From assembly GCA_043787975.1 (NCBI GenBank), contig JAYVUK010000071.1:104756-168755 (forward strand): DNA of 64,000 nucleotides. The letters are read 5' to 3'. Each line of letters starts with the position of its first letter. The first letter of the stretch is position 1. A program made the translations under genes and the position numbers. This document shows, piece by piece, positions 20,370-30,998 of the stretch. The stretch is from Bacteroidota bacterium (GTDB taxonomy: Bacteria > Bacteroidota > Bacteroidia > AKYH767-A > 2013-40CM-41-45). Below the pieces are notes generated by a model. It was not told the origin of the DNA. It made no database searches and saw only the letters and a list, made by a program, of their open reading frames with translations.

Positions 20370-20522
20370 AGTGTCTCAATTTGAAAAATGATTCCTCGCT
20401 TCGCTCGGAATGACATCTTGTAGAGGTGGTAATAGGCGGGCTTAAGCCCGCCTCCCGGCCTTAATTTGCATTGTCATTCCGAGCGAAGCGAGGAATCAAA
20501 AAATAATTCAAACCGAGACACT
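20370..20522. repeat. GGAATGACA-type composite palindromic element (MITE-like, about 46-51-nt terminal inverted repeats)
   Basis: Arms agtgtctcaatttgaa..gattcctcgcttcgctcggaatgaca and their inverse. The inner perfect palindrome GGCGGGCTTAAGCCCGCC is at 20435-20452. Confidence 0.8.
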
Positions 20523-20562
20523 ACCGAGTTTTAAAATCGCTACATTGTTTCGGTTAAAAATT

Positions 20563-20570
20563 TATCTTTG
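20563..20570 (+). promoter_or_regulatory. candidate -7 box (TATCTTTG)
   Basis: TAnnTTTG match 18 nt upstream of the dnaX ATG at 20589. Confidence 0.4.
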
Positions 20571-20588
20571 CTTGCTCACCACAGTACA

Positions 20589-22316
20589 ATGGAAAAGTTT
20601 ATCGTTTCAGCAAGAAAATACAGGCCTGTCACATTTGACACGGTTGTCGGGCAACCGAATATAACCAATACGCTTAAGAACGCCATTAAGAATCAGCATT
20701 TGGCGCAGGCATTTCTTTTCACCGGTCCGCGCGGAGTTGGTAAAACAACAACTGCACGGATTCTTGCCAAGACCATCAATTGTGAAAATATTTCGGGGAA
20801 TGTTGAAGCATGCAATCAATGTGAATCATGTTTATCCTTTGAAAGAGGAAATTCGCTAAATATTTTTGAATTAGATGCAGCTTCAAACAATAGCGTTGAC
20901 GACATCAGAAATTTAAATGAACAGGTGCGTTATCCACCGCAAGGCGGAAAATACAAAGTGTATATCGTAGATGAAGTCCACATGCTCGGTCAAGGCGCAT
21001 TCAATGCTTTTCTGAAAACACTCGAGGAGCCACCTTCGTACGCGGTGTTTATCCTTGCGACAACGGAAAGACATAAAATCATCCCAACGATTCTTTCCCG
21101 CTGCCAGATTTTTGATTTCAACCGGATCGGAGTGGAGGACATTGCAAATCATCTGAAAAGTATTGCGGAGAAAGAAAATGTAAGCGCAGAAGAAGATGCA
21201 TTACACGTAATTGCGCAGAAGGCTGACGGGGCCTTGCGTGATGCACTTTCCATGTTCGATCAGCTGGTAAGTTTTGCCGGAAATAATCTTACGTACAAAG
21301 CCGTCATCGAAAACCTGAACATTCTGGATTACGATTATTATTTTAAAATCACCGATGATGTGTTAGCCGGAAATATTTCATCCGTGTTGCTTACGTTCAA
21401 TGAAATTATCAATAACGGTTTTGATTCTCATAATTTTATCAGCGGATTGGCTTCTCACTTTCGTGATTTGTTAGTTTGCAAAGACGAGGTTACATTAAAA
21501 CTTCTCGAAGTAAGTCCGAATGTCCGGGAGAAATATAAAATACAATCAAAGTCCTGTTCATCTTCTTTGCTGCTTGAGTTGCTCGACCTTTCAAACAAGT
21601 GTGACAGTGGTTACAAAGTCGCCAAGAACCAACGATTGCATGTGGAATTGGCTTTGTTGAAAATGTGTTCGTTGAATTCCTCTTCGGACCCCTTCAAAAA
21701 AAAAGTTGAGTCAGTAGTTGCTCCAAAACCTGTAAGCACTCCAACCGTTTCCTCTCCGGCTATAGTAACACCGCAAGTGGCAACTGTTGCGAACGAACCC
21801 AAACCTTCTTTTTCACCAAAGGAAAAATCACAACAGGAACCGACGAACAGAAAAACCATTTCGATTACTGGAAATCTGAATTCAAAAAATTCAGTGAAAG
21901 GGGAAATAAAAAAGTCGGAAGAAACTCCCGAAGTTCCTGTAATAAATATTTTTGGCCAGGTTGAATTAGAAAATAGCTGGAATGAATATTCTGATCGTTT
22001 GCAGCAAGAGGGAAGGTTGTCATTGCATGCAGCCCTGGTAAAACGCAAACCGGAATTGAAAGAAAACTTCCAGGTGCTTTTTGTGCTGGATAATACTTCT
22101 TTGGAAAAAGATGTGAATGACATCAAGATGGAGCTCATCACATTCTTAAGAAAGAAACTCAACAACAACCAGGTTCAGCTTTCAACAGTAATTGATAAAT
22201 CCGGAATAGATACCATGAAGGTTCCGTATACACCAAAAGAGAAGTTCGATCACATGGCAACAAAAAATCCTATGCTGAATGAATTGAGGAAGCAATTGGA
22301 TCTGGAGATTGATTAA
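20589..22316 (+). CDS. dnaX: DNA polymerase III subunit gamma/tau
   Basis: Walker A GPRGVGKTT, Zn module CNQCESC, SRC motif (LSRCQ). Start taken at the ATG (MEKFIVSARKYRP). Confidence 0.9.
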   Translation: MEKFIVSARKYRPVTFDTVVGQPNITNTLKNAIKNQHLAQAFLFTGPRGVGKTTTARILAKTINCENISGNVEACNQCESCLSFERGNSLNIFELDAASNNSVDDIRNLNEQVRYPPQGGKYKVYIVDEVHMLGQGAFNAFLKTLEEPPSYAVFILATTERHKIIPTILSRCQIFDFNRIGVEDIANHLKSIAEKENVSAEEDALHVIAQKADGALRDALSMFDQLVSFAGNNLTYKAVIENLNILDYDYYFKITDDVLAGNISSVLLTFNEIINNGFDSHNFISGLASHFRDLLVCKDEVTLKLLEVSPNVREKYKIQSKSCSSSLLLELLDLSNKCDSGYKVAKNQRLHVELALLKMCSLNSSSDPFKKKVESVVAPKPVSTPTVSSPAIVTPQVATVANEPKPSFSPKEKSQQEPTNRKTISITGNLNSKNSVKGEIKKSEETPEVPVINIFGQVELENSWNEYSDRLQQEGRLSLHAALVKRKPELKENFQVLFVLDNTSLEKDVNDIKMELITFLRKKLNNNQVQLSTVIDKSGIDTMKVPYTPKEKFDHMATKNPMLNELRKQLDLEID

Positions 22317-22536
22317 TTTTTAGAAGCCATTTCATGATGACCCATTTCTCTCCTTTCGGAGCTTGATTTTTTCCTTCAAAATACCTTAAAAAATGTTCAA
22401 TTTTTTAGAAGATTTTTTGCAAAAGTTCGGCTTAGTTTTACTATATTTACGTTCTATTGAAAGCTGATTTAAGGTTAGCTTTTTTCTTGGTGATGCGAAC
22501 TTTTTCGCACATCAAAAGCGGGGCGGGGGTAAATAA

Positions 22537-24528
<1,992 letters not shown>

Positions 24529-24554
24529 TTAAAGGTAATAAATAGAAACTAGTA

Positions 24555-24590
24555 AAAAGTGCGCTCTGAATTTCAGAGCGCACTTTTGCT
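24555..24590 (+). terminator. intrinsic terminator hairpin downstream of gyrB
   Basis: aaaagtgcgctctgaa / ttcagagcgcactttt, a 16-bp stem flanked by A/T runs. Confidence 0.7.
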
Positions 24591-24623
24591 TTTAAGAATC
24601 CAACTTCTGGTATTTAAAAGAAA

Positions 24624-24664
24624 GCAGCGTAACAAATAATGTTGATAATCATTTGTTACGCTGC
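24624..24664 (-). terminator. terminator-like hairpin downstream of the 24689..25921 gene
   Basis: 14-bp stem gcagcgtaacaaat / atttgttacgctgc, followed on the minus strand by tttcttttaaa. Confidence 0.55.
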
Positions 24665-24688
24665 ATTATGTGGAGTGTAAAAACGAGT

Positions 24689-25921
24689 TTATTTCGGATC
24701 GTGTGGACCCTTTGGTTCCTCTCTTCTTTCAGGCTGTGGTTCCGGAATTGGTTGAGATGGAACCGGGCTACCTGATCTCATTTCAGGTGGTTGTTGATTT
24801 TGTTGACGAGGTTGCCTTACTGGAGTAGGGGCCCGATGCGGCATTCTTTGAGGAGGCTGATTTTCCGGGCGAGGCATCGACTGCTTTTCGGAAGGAGAAA
24901 TTTTCTGAGGCTGTGATTGCTGATGATTTTTTCCCACCGGTTGTGACGTTCGATCTGAAGGCTGTGTGTTTTGCTTTGCAGGTTTGACCGGAGTATATTT
25001 TTCAGTCGGAACTCTATTTATATTTTTTGAATTATTTTTAGGAGCAGGTTGAGGAACATTTTGAACCTTATGATTTGAAGGAGCCTCTTTATTTGTTTTT
25101 CCGTTTTCTTTTCCTGATTTTATATTTTCAATCGGTGTTACCTTGGATGGCTTTGCAGAATTTCTGTCACTTGCATTTACTTTCGGACGATAAATCTGTA
25201 ATGCACTTCCATTCAGTTCTGACTTTCCGGGCTTAGTAATTTCCCGTATGGCTACCGGTTGAATGGACATTTTTGCACCATGTTCAAAATTCTCACGAGA
25301 AGGTCCGGCATTGAATTGCTGACTGCCGTACTTATTCGTATTGTTTACTATTGTGATGTTGTTCACATTGGTAATCGGAGTATTTGATCCGATGCTGATA
25401 CGACGATTGGTTGCTACAATGTAGTTTGTTGCAAAGGCACCGGTTACGATGTAGTGCGGTTGAGCAAAGCACCAGTAATCCATGGGTGGGTGATAACCAA
25501 TTGAGATCGAAAATCCGGGGGCACAAGGAGCCCATCCGTAATAATCATTATAGGTTCCCCACACGACCCAGGCAGGAGCCCAGTCGTAACCCGGAACCCA
25601 TAACCATCCGTAACCGGGATCATACAACCATGACCCATAATGAAACGGTGCCCAACCCCAATCATAATTGGAAACCCATGTCCAACCGAGATCGGTATAA
25701 ACCCAGCGCCCGTTACTAACGTACGGTCTGAAACCAGCATGAATACCCGGAGACCATGCATAACCATAATCGGGATAAGAAACCCAACTGCCGTATGGAG
25801 AAAGATCATTGTAAAAAGTCTGGAAACTTACTGATACTTGTGCTCTTGCTTTGGTTGGTAAAATATTTTCTGAAATAAAAAGCAGAAATGCCGAAACTAA
25901 AATCATTTTTATCTTTTTCAT
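24689..25921 (-). CDS. secreted protein with W/Y/G-rich repeats and P/Q-rich C-terminal tail
   Basis: Signal peptide. Dense aromatic repeats (YGYAWSPG, DWGWAPFHYGSW, GYGWLWVPGYDWAPAW), then about 150 aa rich in Pro/Gln/Asn/Lys. Confidence 0.6.
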   Translation of the reverse strand: MKKIKMILVSAFLLFISENILPTKARAQVSVSFQTFYNDLSPYGSWVSYPDYGYAWSPGIHAGFRPYVSNGRWVYTDLGWTWVSNYDWGWAPFHYGSWLYDPGYGWLWVPGYDWAPAWVVWGTYNDYYGWAPCAPGFSISIGYHPPMDYWCFAQPHYIVTGAFATNYIVATNRRISIGSNTPITNVNNITIVNNTNKYGSQQFNAGPSRENFEHGAKMSIQPVAIREITKPGKSELNGSALQIYRPKVNASDRNSAKPSKVTPIENIKSGKENGKTNKEAPSNHKVQNVPQPAPKNNSKNINRVPTEKYTPVKPAKQNTQPSDRTSQPVGKNHQQSQPQKISPSEKQSMPRPENQPPQRMPHRAPTPVRQPRQQNQQPPEMRSGSPVPSQPIPEPQPERREEPKGPHDPK

Positions 25922-26037
25922 AGTTCTTAGTTTTTAGATAGGATAAATATGAAAGCACAAGAATGGCGCCAGCAGCAGGTGGAATTTTATACCCCAAATG
26001 AAGATCAATAAAAATAAAACGGGCAATCGGAATCTAA

Positions 26038-28932
26038 TTACGAAACCACTTCTTCGTAATGTTCAATAGGAGGACAAACACACATGAGGTTTCTGTCACC
26101 GTATGCATTATCAACTCTGCTAACAGGAGTCCAGAATTTATTTTCTCTGAGATAGGGAAGGGGAAAAGCGGCTTTCGCCCTGGTATAAGAATGTTTCCAT
26201 GTATCGCTCATCACTTCAAACATGGTGTGAGGAGCATTCTTCAGCACGTTGTCTTTTTTATCAGCAATACTTTTTTCTATTTCATCAATCTCGTTACGTA
26301 TTGCAATGAGTGCATCACAAAAACGATCCATCTCTGTCTTTGATTCGCTTTCAGTCGGCTCAATCATCATCGTTCCCGGAACAGGAAAAGAAATGGTAGG
26401 TGCATGAAAGCCGTAATCCATCAATCGTTTGGCAATGTCTTCCACTTCTACTCCGGCTGAAATTTTAAACGGTCGGCAATCTAAAATCATTTCATGTGCG
26501 CATCGTCCTTTCGATCCCTGGTATAAAACAGGATAATGACTTTCCAACCGTGACTTCATATAATTTGCATTCAGAATAGCTGCCACTGTTGAATCGGTGA
26601 CTCCTTTGTTACCTAGCATCTTTATATATGCGTATGAAATAAGAAGAATGCTTGCACTTCCCCAGGGCGCTGCTGATACAGAATGAAAAGCAGCAGTGGC
26701 AGTAGGCAGTATGCCGGAATGGATACTGGTGCTACTTACTGCTACCATAAATGGATGAGAAGGCAAAAAGGGAATAAGATGTTTTGCCACACCAATCGGT
26801 CCCATGCCCGGACCTCCACCACCGTGAGGACTTGCAAATGTTTTATGAAGGTTGAGGTGACACACATCTGCACCAATCGTGGCGGGATTTGTCAATCCAA
26901 CCTGTGCATTCATGTTCGCACCATCCATGTAAACCTGTCCGCCGTTGTCATGAATAATTTTTGTGATCTCTTTTATCCCTTCTTCAAATACTCCATGAGT
27001 AGAAGGATAAGTAACCATCAAACAGGAGAGCGAATCTTTGTGTTGCTCGGCCTTCATTCTCAGATCCGAAATATCAATGTTCCCATGATCATCGCATTTT
27101 ACTACAACCACTTTCATTCCCGCCATGACAGCGCTTGCAGGATTAGTTCCGTGTGCAGACTGTGGAATCAACACCACATCGCGGTGATGATTTCCCATGC
27201 TGAGGTGATATTGACGGATGACCATCAAGCCGGCATATTCTCCTTGCGCACCTGAATTCGGCTGAAGGGATACTCCGGCAAATCCTGTGATTGCACATAA
27301 ATAGTTTTCAAGTTCCCTGATAATTTGCGCGTATCCTCCGGCTTGTTCAACAGGAACAAACGGGTGAATGGAACTGAACAAAGGCCAGCTCAACGGAATC
27401 ATCTCAGACGTTGCATTCAGTTTCATGGTACACGATCCCAAAGCAATCATCGAATGATTCAGCGATAAATCTTTGTGCTCAAGCGAAGTGATGTAACGCA
27501 ACATTTCCGTTTCTGAACGATGCGTATTGAAAACAGGATGCGTAAGAAATTCAGATGTACGGTTCATCTCACCGAAGGATGTTGCTTTCGCTTTTACCAC
27601 AGAAACATTTTTACCCTGTGAAAAAATACTGAGAAGATTTTCAATGTCGCTATCGTCGGTGGTTTCATCAATACTGATTGAAATGTATTGCTCACCCACG
27701 TAATTCAAATTGATGTTTGCTTCAAGTGCTTTGGTGCGAATGGCTTCACGGTTTTCATTGGCATCAACTAATAAGGTATCGAAATAAATTTTGTTTAGCT
27801 GATTGAAACCGAGATTTTTTAATCCCACATCAAGAGAAGATGCATGATCATGAATGATTGTGGCAATGTTTTTTAATCCGTCAGGGCCGTGGTACACCGC
27901 ATACATGCTTGCCATTACTGCCAGCAACACTTGCGCAGTGCAGATATTGCTCGTTGCTTTATCTCTGCGGATGTGCTGTTCCCTTGTCTGCAAAGCCATG
28001 CGCAATGCGTGGTTACCATGAACATCCACCGATACACCGATGATTCGTCCGGGCATTTCACGCTTGAAATTTTCTTTTGCTGCAAAGTAAGCAGCATGAG
28101 GTCCGCCATAACCAAGTGGAACACCGAAGCGTTGCGTATTACCGACCACCACATCAGCGCCCCATTCTCCGGGAGGAGTCAGCAGAACCAACGACATTAA
28201 ATCTGCCGCTACTGCAACCAGTATGTTATTTGAATGTGCCGTTTCAACCCAGCTTTTGTAATTGAAAACTTCTCCGGTGCATGAGGGATACTGAAGCAAT
28301 GCTCCGAAAAAAGTGTCATCTAATTTTTCTTTTTGATGATCACCAATCACCAACTCAATGTTGAGCGGTGCAGAGCGCGTTTTCAACACATCAATGGTTT
28401 GAGGAAAACAATCTTTCGAAACAAAAAATTTATTCACGTTCTTTTGCTGTGCTTCCCTTGACCTTGCCGCGAAGAACATGTGCATCGCTTCAGCAGCAGC
28501 AGTAGCTTCATCAAGTAATGAAGCATTTGCGATTTCCATCCCGGTAAGGTCAATCACCATCGTCTGGAAGTTCAGCAATGCTTCCAGGCGGCCTTGAGCA
28601 ATTTCTGCCTGGTAAGGTGTATAGGCAGTGTACCAGCCCGGACTTTCAAGAATATTTCGCTGAATAACTCCGGGAGTGATGCAATTATAGTAGCCTAAAC
28701 CGATGTACGATTTGAAAACTTTATTGTGCTGTGCGGTTTTTCGCAACTCTTTCAGAAATGCATATTCGCTTAGTGCATCCGGGATGCTAAGTTTATTTTT
28801 AAGACGGATAGAAGCCGGAATCGTTTCATCAATCAATTGATCAACGGACTGACAACCGATGTGTTTCAGCATTTCTTTTACTTCTTCTTCATTCACACCA
28901 ATATGGCGTGATGCAAAATCAAATGGTGGCAT
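26038..28932 (-). CDS. gcvP: glycine dehydrogenase (decarboxylating), single-chain P protein
   Basis: 964 aa with glycine cleavage P-protein hallmarks throughout ([35 protein letters not shown]). Confidence 0.97.
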   Translation of the reverse strand: MPPFDFASRHIGVNEEEVKEMLKHIGCQSVDQLIDETIPASIRLKNKLSIPDALSEYAFLKELRKTAQHNKVFKSYIGLGYYNCITPGVIQRNILESPGWYTAYTPYQAEIAQGRLEALLNFQTMVIDLTGMEIANASLLDEATAAAEAMHMFFAARSREAQQKNVNKFFVSKDCFPQTIDVLKTRSAPLNIELVIGDHQKEKLDDTFFGALLQYPSCTGEVFNYKSWVETAHSNNILVAVAADLMSLVLLTPPGEWGADVVVGNTQRFGVPLGYGGPHAAYFAAKENFKREMPGRIIGVSVDVHGNHALRMALQTREQHIRRDKATSNICTAQVLLAVMASMYAVYHGPDGLKNIATIIHDHASSLDVGLKNLGFNQLNKIYFDTLLVDANENREAIRTKALEANINLNYVGEQYISISIDETTDDSDIENLLSIFSQGKNVSVVKAKATSFGEMNRTSEFLTHPVFNTHRSETEMLRYITSLEHKDLSLNHSMIALGSCTMKLNATSEMIPLSWPLFSSIHPFVPVEQAGGYAQIIRELENYLCAITGFAGVSLQPNSGAQGEYAGLMVIRQYHLSMGNHHRDVVLIPQSAHGTNPASAVMAGMKVVVVKCDDHGNIDISDLRMKAEQHKDSLSCLMVTYPSTHGVFEEGIKEITKIIHDNGGQVYMDGANMNAQVGLTNPATIGADVCHLNLHKTFASPHGGGGPGMGPIGVAKHLIPFLPSHPFMVAVSSTSIHSGILPTATAAFHSVSAAPWGSASILLISYAYIKMLGNKGVTDSTVAAILNANYMKSRLESHYPVLYQGSKGRCAHEMILDCRPFKISAGVEVEDIAKRLMDYGFHAPTISFPVPGTMMIEPTESESKTEMDRFCDALIAIRNEIDEIEKSIADKKDNVLKNAPHTMFEVMSDTWKHSYTRAKAAFPLPYLRENKFWTPVSRVDNAYGDRNLMCVCPPIEHYEEVVS
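26688..26746. repeat. AGT-heptamer-type imperfect hairpin embedded in-frame in gcvP
   Basis: agcagc agtggc agtaggc agtatgc .. inverted copy. The left arm closely matches the intergenic arm at 8917-8941. Confidence 0.6.
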
Positions 28933-28959
28933 TCAATGGGAAGGATTAGAATTGGGATG

Positions 28960-28967
28960 CAAATTTA
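28960..28967 (-). promoter_or_regulatory. candidate -7 box (TAAATTTG)
   Basis: TAnnTTTG on the minus strand 27 nt upstream of the gcvP start. Confidence 0.4.
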
Positions 28968-29075
28968 ATGATTAAAGCATCGCCTAGTAACATGGTGAAT
29001 AATTTGGTAAATGGTCTCTCCGAAAGCCATTTTCATCCGATTTATTTATTGTAGTTTTGGAAAAAACCGTTGAGC

Positions 29076-29681
29076 ATGATCTTAAGATTGAAATTGTTTC
29101 TATTCTTTCTGCTGAATTTCAGTTTTTATTCAAAAGCCCAGGATACATTGGTGCTGATGAGCGGTAAAACCATTGTGGCAAAAAATGTAGAGCTTGGCGG
29201 CTATTATCTTTCTTACTATACCATGAAAGAAAAAAGCAAACAAAAACGCTTCGATCTTCAAAATGTATTTTCAATAAAATATGCCGGCAAACCGGAACGC
29301 ATCATGTATGAACCGGATAGTCTCGAACAGGATGATTACAATGTTGATCAAATGCGGATGTATATTAAAGGAGAACAGGATGCCATCAAGTATTACAAGA
29401 ATAATCTGAATAAAGTGGGAGCTTTTGTTTTTGGAGGAGCGTCTGCGTATTTTTCTTTCTATGGAATTATTGGTCCGGCTGTTTACTCGACTGTTATCGG
29501 TTCATTTATCCCGGATATACAAAAACAAAAAGTTTCTGATCCTGCGTTGCTTCGTGTGGATGAATACCGCGCCGGTTACGAAAAGAAAATACGCGAGAAC
29601 AAAACGAAGAATGCAATCTTATACGGGCTTGCCGGATTCGCTGCAGGCGTAGCTACCTTTGTAATTGTTAAAAACAATTAG
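29076..29681 (+). CDS. hypothetical membrane-anchored protein
   Basis: Signal peptide (MILRLKLFLFFLLNFSFYSKAQ), a beta-rich domain and two predicted C-terminal TM helices. ATG at 29076 preferred over TTG at 29070. Confidence 0.55.
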   Translation: MILRLKLFLFFLLNFSFYSKAQDTLVLMSGKTIVAKNVELGGYYLSYYTMKEKSKQKRFDLQNVFSIKYAGKPERIMYEPDSLEQDDYNVDQMRMYIKGEQDAIKYYKNNLNKVGAFVFGGASAYFSFYGIIGPAVYSTVIGSFIPDIQKQKVSDPALLRVDEYRAGYEKKIRENKTKNAILYGLAGFAAGVATFVIVKNN

Positions 29682-29712
29682 TGAGATTCCTAAATGTTCG
29701 TTCAATTTTTTG

Positions 29713-30582
29713 ATGAATCGGGTCAGAAAGATTGTTGACTTTCTCCTGTCAACCTATTTGTTTATTGCCAGCGCTTCTGCATGTCTTGTCTGGACAACTT
29801 ACATGCTGACAGGACAAAAACTTCAGCTTACGGCTATTTCTATCCTTGTTTTTTTTTCTACGTTATTAATTTATAATTTCCATAAAGTATCAACGCTGCT
29901 GGTCAGGATTTCCTTTTCTCCTAATGTTGTGCTTAAACAATTTGAAAAAATCTCTTCGCTGACAAAAGTGATGATTGCCATTTCAGTTGTTGGGATTCTT
30001 GTTTCAGCATTTTTCCTGGCAACCAAAACCCTTTTATTTCTCCTTCCTATTGCAGCGATCACATTTGCTTATTCTGTTCCTGTACTCAAAGTAAGAGGAA
30101 CAAAAAAAAGACTCCGCGAAATTGTGATTATTAAAGTGACGACACTTGCGTTGATCTGGAGTTTAACAACGGCTACGTTGCCCATGCTTGATCGAGGGCT
30201 CAATATTTTTACTGCATCATCCGTTTTGATTTTTGCAGAACGATTTTTATTCATGTTTGCTATTTGCATTCCTTTTGAAATACGCGATATGAAGCAAGAG
30301 AAATTAAGAGGCAATCTCACGTTGCCGCAAGTGGTTGGCGAACAGACTTCAAAAACAGGTGGAATTATATTGTTGCTTCTCTTTGCCGTGCTGGTTTATT
30401 TTCAATTTGGAAATGCAATGCAGCAGTCCATTGCTTTTCCGCTTTATCTTTCAGCTTTCGTTGCTTCCATACTGATTCTTTTCTCCAATGAAAGCAGAAG
30501 CAATTATTATTTTCGAATTTTCATTGACGGTACCATGCAGCTTCAGTTTCTTTTATTAATTTTATTCAGAAACTTTTTATGA
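29713..30582 (+). CDS. polytopic membrane protein, distant UbiA-prenyltransferase-like (tentative)
   Basis: About 8 hydrophobic helices. The loop IPFEIRDMKQEKLRGNLTLPQVVG resembles the second UbiA Asp-rich motif, but the first motif is degenerate (YNFHK). Confidence 0.45.
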   Translation: MNRVRKIVDFLLSTYLFIASASACLVWTTYMLTGQKLQLTAISILVFFSTLLIYNFHKVSTLLVRISFSPNVVLKQFEKISSLTKVMIAISVVGILVSAFFLATKTLLFLLPIAAITFAYSVPVLKVRGTKKRLREIVIIKVTTLALIWSLTTATLPMLDRGLNIFTASSVLIFAERFLFMFAICIPFEIRDMKQEKLRGNLTLPQVVGEQTSKTGGIILLLLFAVLVYFQFGNAMQQSIAFPLYLSAFVASILILFSNESRSNYYFRIFIDGTMQLQFLLLILFRNFL

Positions 30583-30998
30583 ACCAATACGATTCTTCAG
30601 CATTATTGAAATTGTGCGCACTCATACGCGGAGAAGAGGAAGCGCAGGAATGGCTCGTTGATAATGGTTACCGTGAGCTTTCTGAATTTTGGGATGCCTA
30701 TGAAGATGTTGAAAAATCTTTTAAATGGTTACTGGAAAATAACCACAGGGAACTTGCAGCAGTGATAGATGCTTTCCGGGAAAATGACAATGCAAAACTT
30801 TGGCTGATTAAAAACGGACATCGTGAATTGGCGGCATTGATTGATGCTTCCGATGGAAACAAAACAGCCGTTGACTGGTTGCTGAAATCAGGAAACAAAG
30901 ATTGGCTTGCTGTTGCACGCGAAATTTATTTATGGAATAAAAAAAATCAGAAAAAAGGTTTTTGGAAGTTATTTGACTTTGGCAACCCGTTCAATTGA
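30579..30998 (+). CDS. hypothetical soluble protein made of four ~25-aa helical repeats
   Basis: WLVDNGYRELSEF / WLLENNHRELAAVIDAF / WLIKNGHRELAALIDAS / WLLKSGNKDWLAVAREI. ATGA overlap with the upstream gene. Confidence 0.55.
   Translation: MNQYDSSALLKLCALIRGEEEAQEWLVDNGYRELSEFWDAYEDVEKSFKWLLENNHRELAAVIDAFRENDNAKLWLIKNGHRELAALIDASDGNKTAVDWLLKSGNKDWLAVAREIYLWNKKNQKKGFWKLFDFGNPFN

Noticed and set aside
20291-20416. N-terminal 42-codon extension of the SPFH ORF (MSFRAKRGIIFQIETLF...)
   Set aside because: The extension is a translation of the left arm of the GGAATGACA-type inverted repeat. A proper ATG followed by a TM helix is at 20290.
20291-20588. SRP RNA (ffs) upstream of dnaX, a common bacterial arrangement
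   Set aside because: The region is explained by the palindromic element. I see no conserved SRP domain IV-like sequence.
28933-29069. Possible glycine riboswitch upstream of gcvP
   Set aside because: The minus-strand leader contains a cggagagacc stretch and a small hairpin (aaatgg/ccattt). I could not find the remaining conserved glycine-aptamer elements or a tandem aptamer arrangement, and the leader is too short for the canonical tandem form. An Infernal/Rfam scan would be decisive.
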